Below are positions 13,152-24,790 of a stretch of 64,000 nt of DNA, in pieces. The notes beneath the pieces are model-generated. The model did no database searches and was not told the origin of the DNA. It saw only the letters and a program-made list of their open reading frames with translations. A program made the translations under genes and the position numbers. Within the stretch, counting starts at the first letter, position 1. Every line of letters begins with the position of its first letter. The stretch is from Camelus dromedarius (Eukaryota). Location of the stretch: NCBI RefSeq assembly GCF_036321535.1, contig NC_087436.1:115756001-115820000 (forward strand), written 5' to 3'.

Positions 13152-13537
13152 TTCCCTGCTGAATTGTGTCCTCTCAAAATTTGTATATTAAGGTCCTAAT
13201 CCCCAGAATCTCAAAATGTGCTTGTGTTTGATATAGAACCTTTAAAGAAGTCATTAAAGTAAAATGAGGTCATATGGACTGACCCTAATCCAATGTGACA
13301 GGTGCCCTTATACAAAAAGGATATGTGGACACAGACATGTACAGGGCAAAGACCACGTGGAGACACAGGGAGAAAGAGGTGACCTGCAAGGTAAGGAAAG
13401 GCACCTCGGAAGAAATCGAGCATGCTGACATCTGATCATGGACGTCTAGCCTCTAAAACTGCGAAAAGATGAATCTATGTTGCTTTAGCCCCTTTTTATG
13501 TGATACTTTGTTATGTCAGTCTGAGCAAAATAATGCA
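13152..13537 (+). mobile_element. ERVL-MaLR solo LTR (MLT1B/C-like)
   Basis: gctgaattgtgtcc..aaaatgaggtcatatgg..accctaatccaatgtgacaggtgcccttata..tactttgttatg..aataatgca. Confidence 0.85.
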
Positions 13538-13674
13538 CCTACCCAAATAGGTTTCACAGGAAACATTCTTGCAGGAGCACACCAGTGTTTATGTCAGCCA
13601 GGTGTAACCAAAGTCACATGAAGCCCTGCTCCTGCAGGGTATGTATTCCAAGAAACATCAGCCAAAAAGCAATC

Positions 13675-13785
13675 GAGAGAGAGAGAGGCAGAGACAGAGA
13701 TGAAGAAAGAGAAGAAGAAGGACGACAAGGAGGAAGAAGAGAAAGAGGAAGGGGAGGGGGAGGAGGAAGAGGAGAAGGAGGAAAG
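13675..13785. repeat. Purine-rich (GA/GGA) low-complexity tract
   Basis: gagagagagagaggcagagacagagatgaagaaagagaagaagaagg...ggaggaggaagaggagaagg. Confidence 0.9.
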
Positions 13786-13935
13786 ATGGAGTCTGGAACT
13801 GATTCTCCCTGGACCTCAGGAGGAAGTCACCTATCCTACATCTTCATTGTAGACTTGTGACAGAAAGAATGTGTTTCTGTGTTAAGCCACCCAGTTTATG
13901 GTGGTTTCTCAGAGCAGCTCTACGAAACGAATACA
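13786..13935 (+). mobile_element. MaLR LTR 3' part (MLT1C/D-like)
   Basis: ggaactgattctccctggacctcaggagg...ttaagccacccagtttatggtgg...gaaacgaataca. Confidence 0.7.
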
Positions 13936-14016
13936 CTGATAATTGAGAATACCCTCTTCAAATCCTTAAAATATTTTTGATCCCTGTACTTAATCGTGCC
14001 TTACATAAACGGCAGT

Positions 14017-14370
14017 GCTAGGATAGAATGTTTGTATCTCTCGTCTCCAAAAACAAGTCATATGTTGGAATCCTAACTCCCAAGATGGTGGCGTCAGTAG
14101 ATGGGTCCTTGGGAGGTAGTCAGGTCATAGGAGTGAGCCCTCAGGAACAGGACTAGTCCTGTTGTGACAGACACCTTGCCCTTTCAGTCATGCAAAGACA
14201 CAGCGATCAGATGCCTCCCTATGAACCAGGCAGGTTCTCCCCAGAAACCACACAGTCTGGTCCTCTGATCATAAACTTTCCTGCCTCCAGAACTGGAAGA
14301 AATAAGCTTCTGTTTATAAAAGACTCAGTTTATGGTATTTTGTTACAACAGACACAATGGACGAAGAGAG
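14017..14370 (+). mobile_element. ERVL-MaLR solo LTR (MLT1A/MSTD-like)
   Basis: tgctaggatagaatgtttgt..catatgttggaatcctaactcccaag..gcctccagaactggaagaaataag..ggtattttgttacaacag. Confidence 0.85.
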
Positions 14371-14720
14371 GCAGCTAGTCTACCAGATCGTTTTGCTCTC
14401 TAAACTCTCTTTTCAAAACTTGGCCTCTGTGCCTGTGTACTCCCCGTCTTGCTTTGTAATTTTTTGTTTCCTTCCTGTGGGTTCTAAGGCATTCTGAGGT
14501 TAAAACATACATATATATATATAAAGGTTTCTTCCTTCCTCCATATTTCAGGTTTAATAACAGTTTATATAACTCCCTCTGTATGTGTGCAGAGCTTTAT
14601 TTGATGAAACGAAACCACTAGGTTGTAATGTGTGTGAATAATCAACATTAGAAGGAAATGCAAATGCTTTTCCAAAATGACTTACCAGTTTACATCCCTA
14701 CTTGTGAAGAACAGCGTGTT

Positions 14721-14774
14721 TGGATATTATTGCAAATTTTCACATGATGGATATTATTGCAAATTTTCACATGA
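14721..14774. repeat. 27-bp perfect tandem duplication
   Basis: tggatattattgcaaattttcacatga at 14721-14747 and 14748-14774. Confidence 0.95.
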
Positions 14775-16649
14775 TATTTACATTTCTCCTCTATAAATTT
14801 TCCATCCATGACCCTTGTCCACTTTTCTATTTTCTATTTCTATTTTTCATAACATTATTTTTTTTTTCATTTTTGCCATCTGGGATATAGCTTGGTTGGT
14901 GGTGTGGGAGACAGACCTGAATTGAATCTTTTCCTCAAATTGCTAAATAGTCATTCTAATTTATTTAGGAATAGGTCTTCTGCACCTTTAAGCTTCTTTT
15001 TATATATTGTATTTTTTTTTGAGCCAGGTTGTATTTTTTAAACCATTCTGCGATATGGAATTGCATATCTCTTCCTCTATCAGAGTCAAACACATTTAAA
15101 TTATCCTTGCTCTATGACATGGTTTAATGACTAGCATTACAACCACCATTCTCTTCTTGGTCCTTTTTCCCTGCAGTTGCCTCACTTTTTAGACTAAATT
15201 TAGAAGCCTTCTGTTAAGATTTTAAAATCTTAGATTACATCCTAGTTAGATTTTGTAAGCGATTACTTACAATTACAAGGAAACCTACAAAGTAAAGTAG
15301 AAAAACTTATTACCAAGAATTTCTCCTAGGATATGGTGAGCCAGTGTGTTGCATATTGACACATTGTTTTCTCTTCTGGAAAATAAAGCATCTTCTAAGG
15401 TCAATTATTTCTTCTATTTCCAATGTGTCATCTCCACTTCCAGAATGTCGACCATGGGTAATTTGGACTTCTGTTCTCCTTTATATTTATGAGTTTTCTC
15501 AGTACCACTCTTATATAGCTTTCTGAACACTGGGGTAAAAAAAAAAAACTCTCCATTTTTCATTAGCATTACTAAATCTCTCTCGGTTAGTACTGATTTG
15601 ACTTCAATATGCATTTTACTTTCGTTATAGCTGTAGCATGTTGGAGTTCTTTGCAATTTTTACTTTATTCGTGTTTTTCTCTTAGCCTTTATCCCAATTA
15701 TTGTTATTTTATCCTTGTACCTGCAAATTGTCTGACCCATCGATTTGTTTTTGAGGATAAGTATGTAAGTTTGTTTGGTTTTTAAGAGACAACTTGCCTT
15801 GAAGGATTTTATTAATGATCACAGCATACAGTATTTTTTAAATTTTTGATCAGTTTTCTGTAATAAATCTTTTCCATTAAAATGATATTCTCTTAAGCTT
15901 TCTTTTGTTTTGTTTGTTTCTATTTTATTGTTCCCATTCCATTTTTGTTTTTGTTTGATTTTCTCCTGCTCTTCTGTGTATCCTGGGTCCATGGTTGCAA
16001 ACACGCTAGAGCCAACAGGATGATTACTTATAACCCTGGTGACCATAAATCGTGTTCAGACCAATTTATTTCTGTTTCACAGCATCCTGTCCAGAGTAAA
16101 GTTCACCTCATATTTTTCTTTATTTTTAATGAGCTGCTAGTATTAATATTGCATGGAAATAACCCCAAATCTGTTTCATAAACACTTTGTATTTTCAGCT
16201 TCTGGCATGGTTTCCTCCAGATGCGTGTGATATGAACATAGAAGGAGGACAATTCTCACTCAGTTAAACAAATGGTAACTGTTCTCCTTGCCTCAAACTT
16301 TCCAGGTGAAGCAGAATTAATGCCTCCTTCTCAAGAATAGTTTGCAGGGTGCTTGGTGACTTGGCTAGTGACAGTTCTCATTCCTTGTGTAAGTGGGTGG
16401 GAGAAGTAGTCAAGGTGTGCATCTCTGCCACCACTTCAGTAGCAGGAAATACTGAAGTCCTTGACCTGCACTGTGGTCAGGGAGAAGCACAAGGCTGTCA
16501 GGACACCATCCCAGCGACCCTACAGCAAACGGGTAGTTATAAATTCCCTGCATGCGAAGTAAGTATAGATAAATGCGGCTGAGAATTCCTGCCATAGAGT
16601 ACACAGAGCATGCTTTTAATATTCTTGATACAGTGGTTTTTTTCCTATA

Positions 16650-18230
16650 TTACATGATGTAAGGCTGAAAATATTAATCAATTAATGAATTAATTGCCAG
16701 TACTTCTTTGCATTTCAATAAGCTGCATTGGCAGCACTGAGTGGAAAAATGGAAGCCCATTCGTAATGAAAATTTAATGTCTTAATCTCCATCTCTCCAA
16801 AAAGTTGACAATGAACCAATAATTTTCACAACATGCTTATAAAAAATGACCACTGTGGGCTCACGGTGCATCTCTGTTCACATAAAGGCTAGAAGATGTG
16901 TCAGCATCTACTTCAAAGACTGGTTTTTCTTTTATGAAAACTGAATCCAAAGACTTCAAATTAAAAGAAAAAAAAATTCAGTTATCTCTATTTCAGTAGA
17001 TTTTATCTGTATCACAGAATCAAGTAAAGCTTTTGAAATATCATTTAGTTTAGTATCAAGCATTTGACAACTTTATGAATGCCATTGTAAATTCAGTTAA
17101 AAGTTCAGGGCTGAAAATGGCATTATTTATTTTCATGGTGGTAGTATTCATGTGAATTTTGGTAGAACACCACATCATAGGAGCATAATGCGGTTGTGTA
17201 ATTCAGACACCTGTGAAGCAGAAATATAGTTGGAATTATTTGTGGTATGCCTATAAATTAAAATTGCATCCAAACGAACAACATGCTACTGATTCAAATA
17301 AAAGTGTGCTTGCCAAAAATACAAATAGGTTTACATATACACATTTATAGTAGGTGAACTACAAAATTTTGGTTTTGAAGCAGATGTGGAATAAAACAAA
17401 TAAATGCCTGAGTATGGTGTACATGGTTTCTCTCTACTACTCATTTTCCATCTCGTAAAAATATTTGAATCTACTTTATAAATCTCTCTAAGTATCCTAA
17501 GGTAAAAATGGAGATGTTTAAAATAAATTCTTCAAACTCTCTTTGCATATTTTTGGAAATCAATTAGAAATTTTGATCATCTTATTTAGTAAATTGAACT
17601 TCACAATAAAAACTTTGACTTTTGAAATTTTTGACTAGTTTCTTGCAAACAAGAAAACTTTGAATTTATTTTTGTAACAGCGAGAAAAGAACTGAACAAA
17701 ATAAACTATGAGTCCAATATTTAATTTTGACATTAAATAATTGCACCCCAAATATTTAAGCTCAAAAGAAGACTGTCTTGATAGAACCCCTATATTTTAT
17801 TGGATGAATTTATATTCTATTAAATGGAATGAAATTGAGAAGGCCTATGATTTTGCTGCAACTAAATTTGGTGAAATAAAAAGTTACAAGGACAACTTAG
17901 TGGACAAGTTTCTTAAAATAAGTCTGTCAAGTAAATTAATTTTGACTGAGGGGGGGAAAAGATGGTATCTTTGAATATGAACATATTTAAGATAAAATTT
18001 ATAAATAAAAATTTAAATTAAAAATATATTCAATTTAATAAAGTTATTACCAGTTTACTAGGTTTCTTAGCAGTTTACTTAATTAAAAATTGTCTGCCTA
18101 CAGAGAAGAGTTAGTTGGAAGTGTCATGTATTTCAAATTTGTTAATCATAAAAATACATCTTTAAATGTATATAACTATTTTGTAAGCGCATCAATATAA
18201 TAAAACTTGTTGGTCAATCAATTAGAAATA
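16650..18230 (+). mobile_element. Decayed autonomous hAT transposon internal region (BLACKJACK-like transposase fossil)
   Basis: AT-rich coding-like tract. ORF 17741-17974 (PIFYWMNLYSIKWNEIEKAYDFAATKFGE) resembles, from memory, the eutherian hAT-Blackjack transposase; a degraded C-terminal dimerisation-like region lies near 18050-18150. Confidence 0.6.
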
Positions 18231-18247
18231 CATTTTGCATTCACTTT

Positions 18248-18579
18248 CTTTTTTAAATTTTATTGAATTATAATCGATTTATAATGTTGTATAAATTTCT
18301 GGTGTACAGCACAGTGATTCAGCTATACATATGTATTCCTTGTCATATTCTTTTCTAGCCTGTTAGAAGGTATTGCATATAGTTCCCTGTGCTATACAAT
18401 AGGACCTTGTTGTTTATCCAGATTCTTGAGGGTTTTCCTTGTAGTTCCACTTGTACAAGATCTGCCAGAGTTCAGAAGGTATTCTGCGAGAATTGTTCCA
18501 CATGTAGATGTATTTTTGATATATTTTGGGAGAGGGTGAGCTCCACGTCCTTCTATTCTGCCATCTGGAAGCCCCTGCC
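18248..18579 (-). mobile_element. 332-bp bipartite L1 retrocopy: L1 5' end fused to L1 3' end, with 13-bp TSD
   Basis: TSD TTGCATTCACTTT at 18235-18247 and 18580-18592. Minus strand starts GGCAGGGGCTTCCAGATGGCAG (L1 5'UTR start) and ends AATAAA plus a short A tail; junction at 18417/18418. Confidence 0.85.
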
Positions 18580-18814
18580 TTGCATTCACTTTTAATCTTA
18601 AAAGTGACTTATTTTGAACAATGGTTAACCACCATACACTTAATTCCATTATTGTCCACTGAGACATTGGCAAATGGTCTCGTATTGAAGACAAACTGGA
18701 GAGCAGGATGGTGATTCTCCACTGTCTACCATGAATTCATCCTATGTCTCTTTCTCTCTGTAAAGAAGTAAGATTTATCTTTTGCTAACTTAGTGTTTTT
18801 TAAGGCATCACTCA

Positions 18815-18971
18815 AGTAAACTTTTGTGTCCAACATCTGAATTATGTGAGAATCATTATGATTCTAGATTCAGAGACACCACTCCAGATATACAGAATCA
18901 AAATCCGGTGGAGGGCAGAGAATTAGCAGTTTTAACACTCTTCCGAGGGGTATCTAAATTTTGAGACCCTG
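18815..18971. mobile_element. hAT-Charlie MITE (MER5-like)
   Basis: caccactccagatatacagaatcaaaatcc...gcagttttaaca...tttgagaccctg. Confidence 0.55.
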
Positions 18972-21792
18972 CAGAGAATTTGAAGCAAATTCTAATTCTT
19001 GACCATATTCCAGATGTGCCATATTAAATGCAATAGCCTACTGCATGCACAGCCCCAAGACTTTTACCCTCTACGTCAAAAAGGTCCACTCTATCCAGGT
19101 TACAGAGTCCATCCTTATAACCCAGGTATTGTATGGTTTGAGAATTAATTTTAAGATCGGACGCCAAAATGTAGAACACAAAGAGAGAAAGGAGCAGAAG
19201 GCAAGAGGACACATCTATTGATCTATTAGGTTAGAGAATCATTCTTCGTTTCCACCTGTATGAAAAAGTGGTTCCTCATTATCTAGTCAGCCCACTTGCT
19301 CTGGCTCTAAGCAGGGGCCAGGGAGTGAAGACAAAATATAGCACATCAATGCTGTGTCCTGAGAAGGGCTGTTATTTCAAGCCAGAAAGAAGTTATCTTT
19401 TGTAACACAGTTCAGAGTCATTATTTCATCAAGCAACCCCATTCTACTTGCAGTCAGCAGAAATCTCCCTGGGCTCTGGTTTACAATCCTTGGTTACCAT
19501 CAGCAGAGCTTTGATACAAATACTCATAATTTAAAATACAACTTGCCTTGGCCTTAAAGTTAGATGCTTGTTGGTTGAATGAGTTTCAAATACTGTGATC
19601 ATGCTGCTCTCTTAAACAGTGTTCTATGAGCTGGTCTCTGTGACTGAGAGAGCATAAAAAGAAAGAGGGGAGAAAGAATCAGATATGATTTCATTAAATA
19701 TATAGGCATAGATATATCTGACTGAAAAAATACTAGTGCTGTTTTCCAAAAGGGAGAATTGCAAAGGAGTGAACTGGCATATGAATGAGATTTACTGTGT
19801 TACGAATTGAAATGTATTGTATTCATTAAGCTTCAGACCGCTCAGTTTTTGGTCAGGTCTTTGGATTAATATGCTCATGATGCAGCTGATGACAGACATC
19901 CTGATCTTAAGAAATTCAGACAGAGATACATCTTCCACTTTGAGGACACAGAGGATGTCATGGGATCAAATGCACCCTTCGTCATAATTATCAAAGGTAA
20001 CATAACAGTGATAATAAGCAGCATGGTGCACCCTTTTACTAGTTGAAGTAATTAAAGTAAAACAGTGGATTCTCTTTGAGAAAACAAAACAACTGGGTAA
20101 TAAAAGGTAGGACTAGGAGAAAGGCCACAGAAGCAGGGCAGTTCACTGACATGAAGGCTAATGGAGGGAGAGACTTCGAGCAGCCAAAGTTTATTTTTTT
20201 TCAAAGAAAGAGAGAACTTTATGATGAAATATCATGCTGTGTGGTCATCTGGGAATTGTCAACAAGCAATTCCCCACCCAATTTTTATTGATTTCTCAAG
20301 AAAATAGTCAGATTCCAAGAGATTAAAAAGCCTCTTCCATTCCCCAAGACACAAATCCTTGTGTTCCCTGTGGCTTTCAAGGCAAGCTCTGGTGATGCTT
20401 TTTCATTCTTTGAATTGACTACTCAGCTCAACATGGGACCTAAAGCATCAGAGACCACAGGTGGGAGCGGACCCTCCCCTCTTCCTTACTGTGCGACCGA
20501 ACGGAGAGTGGCCCTCGTTCTACCCACATCAGAAAAAGCCTGGAATTCCAAATTACAAAGTGCCTTGAGGAGTGGAGGGAAAAATCTTGAAATGCCTTTT
20601 ATTTTATTTTTTAAGAATGTCTCCACGTAAGGGGAAAAAAATAAACCCTCTGCTGTAAGTGTTTCACTGGGCAGTTTTTCAAATTAATGCAGTTTAACTA
20701 TTACATTAACTTAATGGCTATTTTCCCCAACTTTAACCATGTTAAATGTGCCGGCAATAATGAGCTTCTAATGCTGTCTCTTTTAAGTCTCAGAGGCATC
20801 TTTAGAGCTGCTGCTTATCTCCTGGATCATAAAGCTGCATAATTTAGTATTCAAACAATTCATTTAAAACTGAAGCCCTCAGAATTACCGTAAAATTAAT
20901 CAGAACAAAGTCATCTTAACCCATCAGTTTGGTTTATCTCTAGTTAGCAAATTTGCAAATGACACTGAGATAAATAGGGACACTGACTCAGCTCCGATTT
21001 TCTTCTTCTGCACAGGGTCCTGTACTCTCAGAGATACCGATACAATTTTGATAAAGGTATGGGTCACGCTTGTAATAATCCTTTCACAATTGTCATAAAT
21101 CAGGACCTTAATCTTATTTCATATGGTTAACTCCACAGCTACTTCTTCTCTAGCTATGTTTTTTTCTTTTCTTGCTTTATTTTATTTCTTCATTCATTCC
21201 ATTTCAAATTTGACAACTAGGGAAAATTTTGCCACAAGTCGAAGTGACCAATACTTTCTAGACATCCTAATTGTTTTGTTTTGTTTTGTTTTGTTTTGTT
21301 TTGGTAAACTTCTAAAATAACTTTAGAAAGTTTTCAAATTGTTTCGGAGAATTTTCCCAATTGTTAAGGTTTTGCTGGAGACCCATGGGCTTCAGTTAAC
21401 ACGATATTCAATTTCAAAAAGAATTTCAAAATGAAACTAGATATATTAGAATTTCCTAAATCTCGAAAGATGTTCTAAACTGTCCTGGAAAGTTATTGTC
21501 TTAATGAAATTTTCCAGTTTCTCAAGCATATCTATAGCCTATATTCAGGAGCAGGTGAATTTTTTTTTCACTGAATTTTAAAATTTGATTCTGGAATGTG
21601 AGAAATAACCCAACTATGGGTTATATCTATATGGTGGGGAAGAAGGCTGCAAGACCCGTAGCCGAGTGACGTTGGGACCTCAGTGGTGTTACAAAAATAG
21701 AGGAGAGGGACATGCACTGATGTAGAAATGATGCGTTAGACTTATTTTTCCAAAAATAACCTGGCCATGTTAGATCCTTGAGGAGTCTAGAG

Positions 21793-23009
21793 TAGAGATT
21801 AACAAACTTCTCTAGTAAAGAGTCAGACAGAAAATATTTTAGGCTTGGCAGGCCCCCTGTGCTCTGTTGCAGTTCAACTTTCTCCAGTCTGCCATTGTAG
21901 CACCTAGCAGCCTGAGACAGCACTCAAAAGAAAGGGCATGTTTAGGTCTGCCCATTTTTGGATTGGGTTGTTTGTTTTGACCTAAGCAAGCAATTCTCTG
22001 ATGAAGACATACAAATGGCCAATAGGCACACAAAAAAATGCCCAATATCACTAATTATCAGAGAAATGTAAATCAAAACTACAATGAGGTATCACCTCAC
22101 ACCAGTCAGAATGGCCATCATTCAAAAGTCCACAAACAATAAATGCTGCAGAGGCTGTGAGTAAAAGTAACCCTCCTACACTGCTGGTGAGAATGTAGTT
22201 TGGTGCAGCCATTATGGAAATCAGTATGGAGATTTCTCAAAAGACTAAAAATAGAGTTAACCGATGATCCAGCAATCCCACTCCTGGGCATATGCCTGGA
22301 AGGAACTGTAATTCAGAAATATACACGCACTCCAATGTTCATAGCAGCACTATATACAATAGCCAAGACATGGAAACAACCTACATGTCCATCGACAGAT
22401 AAAGACAGATAAAGAAGGAGTGGTATATTTATATAATGGAATACTACTCGGCCATAAAAAAGAATGAAATAATGCCATTTGCAGCAACATGGATGGACCT
22501 AGAGATCGTTATTCTAAGTGAAGTAAGCCAGAAAGAGAAAGAAACATACCATGTGATATCACTCATATGTGGAATCTTAAAAAACGAAAAAAGAAAAGAA
22601 AAAAGAGAGAGGACACTAATGAACTCATCTACAAAACAGAAACAGACTCACGGACATGGTAAACAGTCTTACGGTTACCAGGGGAAAGAGGGTGGGAAGT
22701 GATAAATTTGGGAGTATGAGGTTTGCAAATGTTAGCCACTAAATATAAAAACAGATTTAAAAAAACCCAAAATTATTCTGTATAGCACAAGGAACTATGT
22801 TCAATATCTTATAATAACCTTTAATGAAAAAGAATATGAAAATGAATATATATGTATGTATATACATGACTGGGACATTGTATACCAGAAATTGACACAT
22901 TGTAACTGACTGTACTTCATTCTTTAAAAAAAAGAGAGAAAAAAAGGGCACAGCTGTATTCCAGGAAAATTTTATGCATTAAAAAAAGGTGGCAGTTTGC
23001 CAAGCCCTG
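21793..23009. mobile_element. MER58-like MITE split by an L1 insertion (21793-21938 and 22951-23009)
   Basis: aacaaacttctctagtaaagagtcagacagaaaatattttaggcttg... resumes cagctgtattccagg...gcagtttgccaagccctg. Confidence 0.75.
21939..22937 (+). mobile_element. Young 5'-truncated L1 (ORF2 C-terminus plus 3'UTR) with 40-bp 5' inversion
   Basis: ORFs 22200-22412 ([20 protein letters not shown]) and 22436-22702 ([23 protein letters not shown]); A-rich tail; TSD core aaagggca at 21931-21938 and 22943-22950. Confidence 0.92.
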
Positions 23010-23139
23010 GGCTAAGGAGCATGAATCAATAATAAGAAAAAGCTATGGAGATTTAACCACTATTTTACCATGAAATCTCTTGTGTCTTTTGTTTGAGAAT
23101 CATCTTGCAAATCTCCTGTGTTAAACACCACCCACTGGG

Positions 23140-23370
23140 ATCTGGTGGCATAATGGGAAGAATGAGCTTTAGGATCTAAGTGACAGACGCCAACGTCTTA
23201 GTGCTTCCTCTTGATAAAGTCTATGACCTCTGACAACTCATTTTTTTTTTCAGCCACAGTGGAAGCATCTGTGAAGGAGGAATCACCATCCATACTTTAT
23301 ACAGTTGGTGTGAACATTAAAGGAAAATGTACATATCAAATTTATGTCATGTGGCACCTTCCATAAATAT
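23140..23370 (+). mobile_element. MIR SINE remnant
   Basis: ggtggcataatgggaagaatgagcttt...tatgacctctgacaactca...gttggtgtgaacattaaagg. Confidence 0.6.
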
Positions 23371-23734
23371 GAACACCCTTCTAATGGTTACTTATCTCCT
23401 TTCAAAGACTATTCATTCTGGACTCAGTGCATTTTACCTTTCTTTGTGGTTATTACCCTTTTAGTGCCCAACAGGTGACTATGAATTCTCTGAACGTGTA
23501 CTTTGTTAAAGGTGCCATCAATGAATCCATTCTTGACTCTAGTCAGGGGTCCTTGGCATTTCTCAGTGGAGATAGATTTCTGTTTGAGCAGTTTTGCTGA
23601 TTTTAGAGTCCAGGGGTTCTCTTTAAAGTGGTTTTCTTGGTGAGAGCTAAAGAGAGGATGCTGGGGGCTGACATCAGAGCTCATCAAGCCACTCTGTTAT
23701 AATCTCCTTACTGTTATTTTCCTGCTAGGACCAA

Positions 23735-24495
23735 ACACTTATTGAAGCTTCACACTATGACTAGTCCTGTGCTCAGATCTTTCTACGTATTAATTCATTT
23801 CATCTTTACTTACCATATGATCCAGCAATCCCACTCCTGGGCCTAAATCCAGAGGGAACTTTAATTCGAAAAGATACATGCACCCCAATGTTCATAGCAG
23901 CACTATTTACGATAGCTAAGACATGGAAACAACCTAAATGTCCATTGACAGATAACTGGATAAAGAAGTTGTGGTATGTTTATACAGTGGAATACTACTC
24001 AGCCATAAAAAAGAATAAAATAATGCCATTTGCAGCAACATGTATAGTACCTGGATTTTCCACCTAAGTGAAGTAAGCCAGAAAGAGAAAGAAAAATATG
24101 TGGAGTCTAAAAAGAAAAAAAAAAGACAAATTTATTTACAAAACAGAAACAGACTCACAGACATAGGAAACAAACTTATGGTTACCAGGCGGGGAAGGGG
24201 GTGGGAAGGGATAAATTGAGAGTCTGAGATTTGCAGATACTAACTACTATATATAAAATAAACAGTAAATTTACACTGTATATAGCACAGGGAACTATAT
24301 GTCTTGTAGTAACCTATAAAGAAAAAAAAATGAAAACAAAATCATCCTATGGGGTTGTTAATTACTTAAACCCATTTTTAGAAATAAAAAAGCTGAGGCA
24401 CAGGGTGACTGCCTCACTGCCTCAGGCCACACAGCTGACAAGGGAAAGAGCGAGAATTCAGAACCAGGTGGTCTGCCTGAGAGGCAGCGCTCCCA
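23735..24495 (-). mobile_element. MIR SINE split by an L1 insertion
   Basis: cttattgaagc..gtgctcag..tcatttcatctttac | aaaatcatcctatgggg..cccatttttagaaat..ctgaggcacagg..gccacacagctg. Confidence 0.7.
23810..24336 (+). mobile_element. L1 fragment truncated at both ends, no TSD
   Basis: ttaccatatgatccagcaatcccactcctggg...aacctataaagaaaaaaaaatgaaaac; lacks the terminal part of the 3'UTR present in the copy ending near 22930. Confidence 0.88.
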
Positions 24496-24599
24496 GCAGT
24501 TCTACTTTGGAGGAAAATTTAGCAGCCTTCTGCAGAAAATGCTCTGTGAGCATTTGCTAAACCAGTTTGACTCTTTTAAATGAGATTGTTTTGTTACTC

Positions 24600-24790
24600 A
24601 GGCAGTGTTGTGCAGTGTAAAGAACGCAGGCTTTCAGGTCAGATAAATCTTGACTGAATCTGACTCCACCACTCACCACTTAGGTGACCTCGAAAAGCTT
24701 CAGTTTCTACAACCAGAGAAGAAGAAGATAATTGCACCTCCCTCATACATCTAGTTCAAGAAAAGATGGTTAGTTATAAAATCACAGTCC
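24600..24790 (+). mobile_element. MIR SINE remnant
   Basis: aggcagtgttgtgcagtgtaaagaacgcaggctttcaggtcagataaatc...ggtgacctcg..cttcagtttc. Confidence 0.7.

Noticed and set aside
18392..18694. 100-aa ORF crossing the mini-L1
   Set aside because: Incidental translation of flank plus L1 UTR sequence; no evidence of a protein
22200..22702. ORFs with clear protein homology
   Set aside because: L1 ORF2 C-terminal fragments of a 5'-truncated copy, not a host gene
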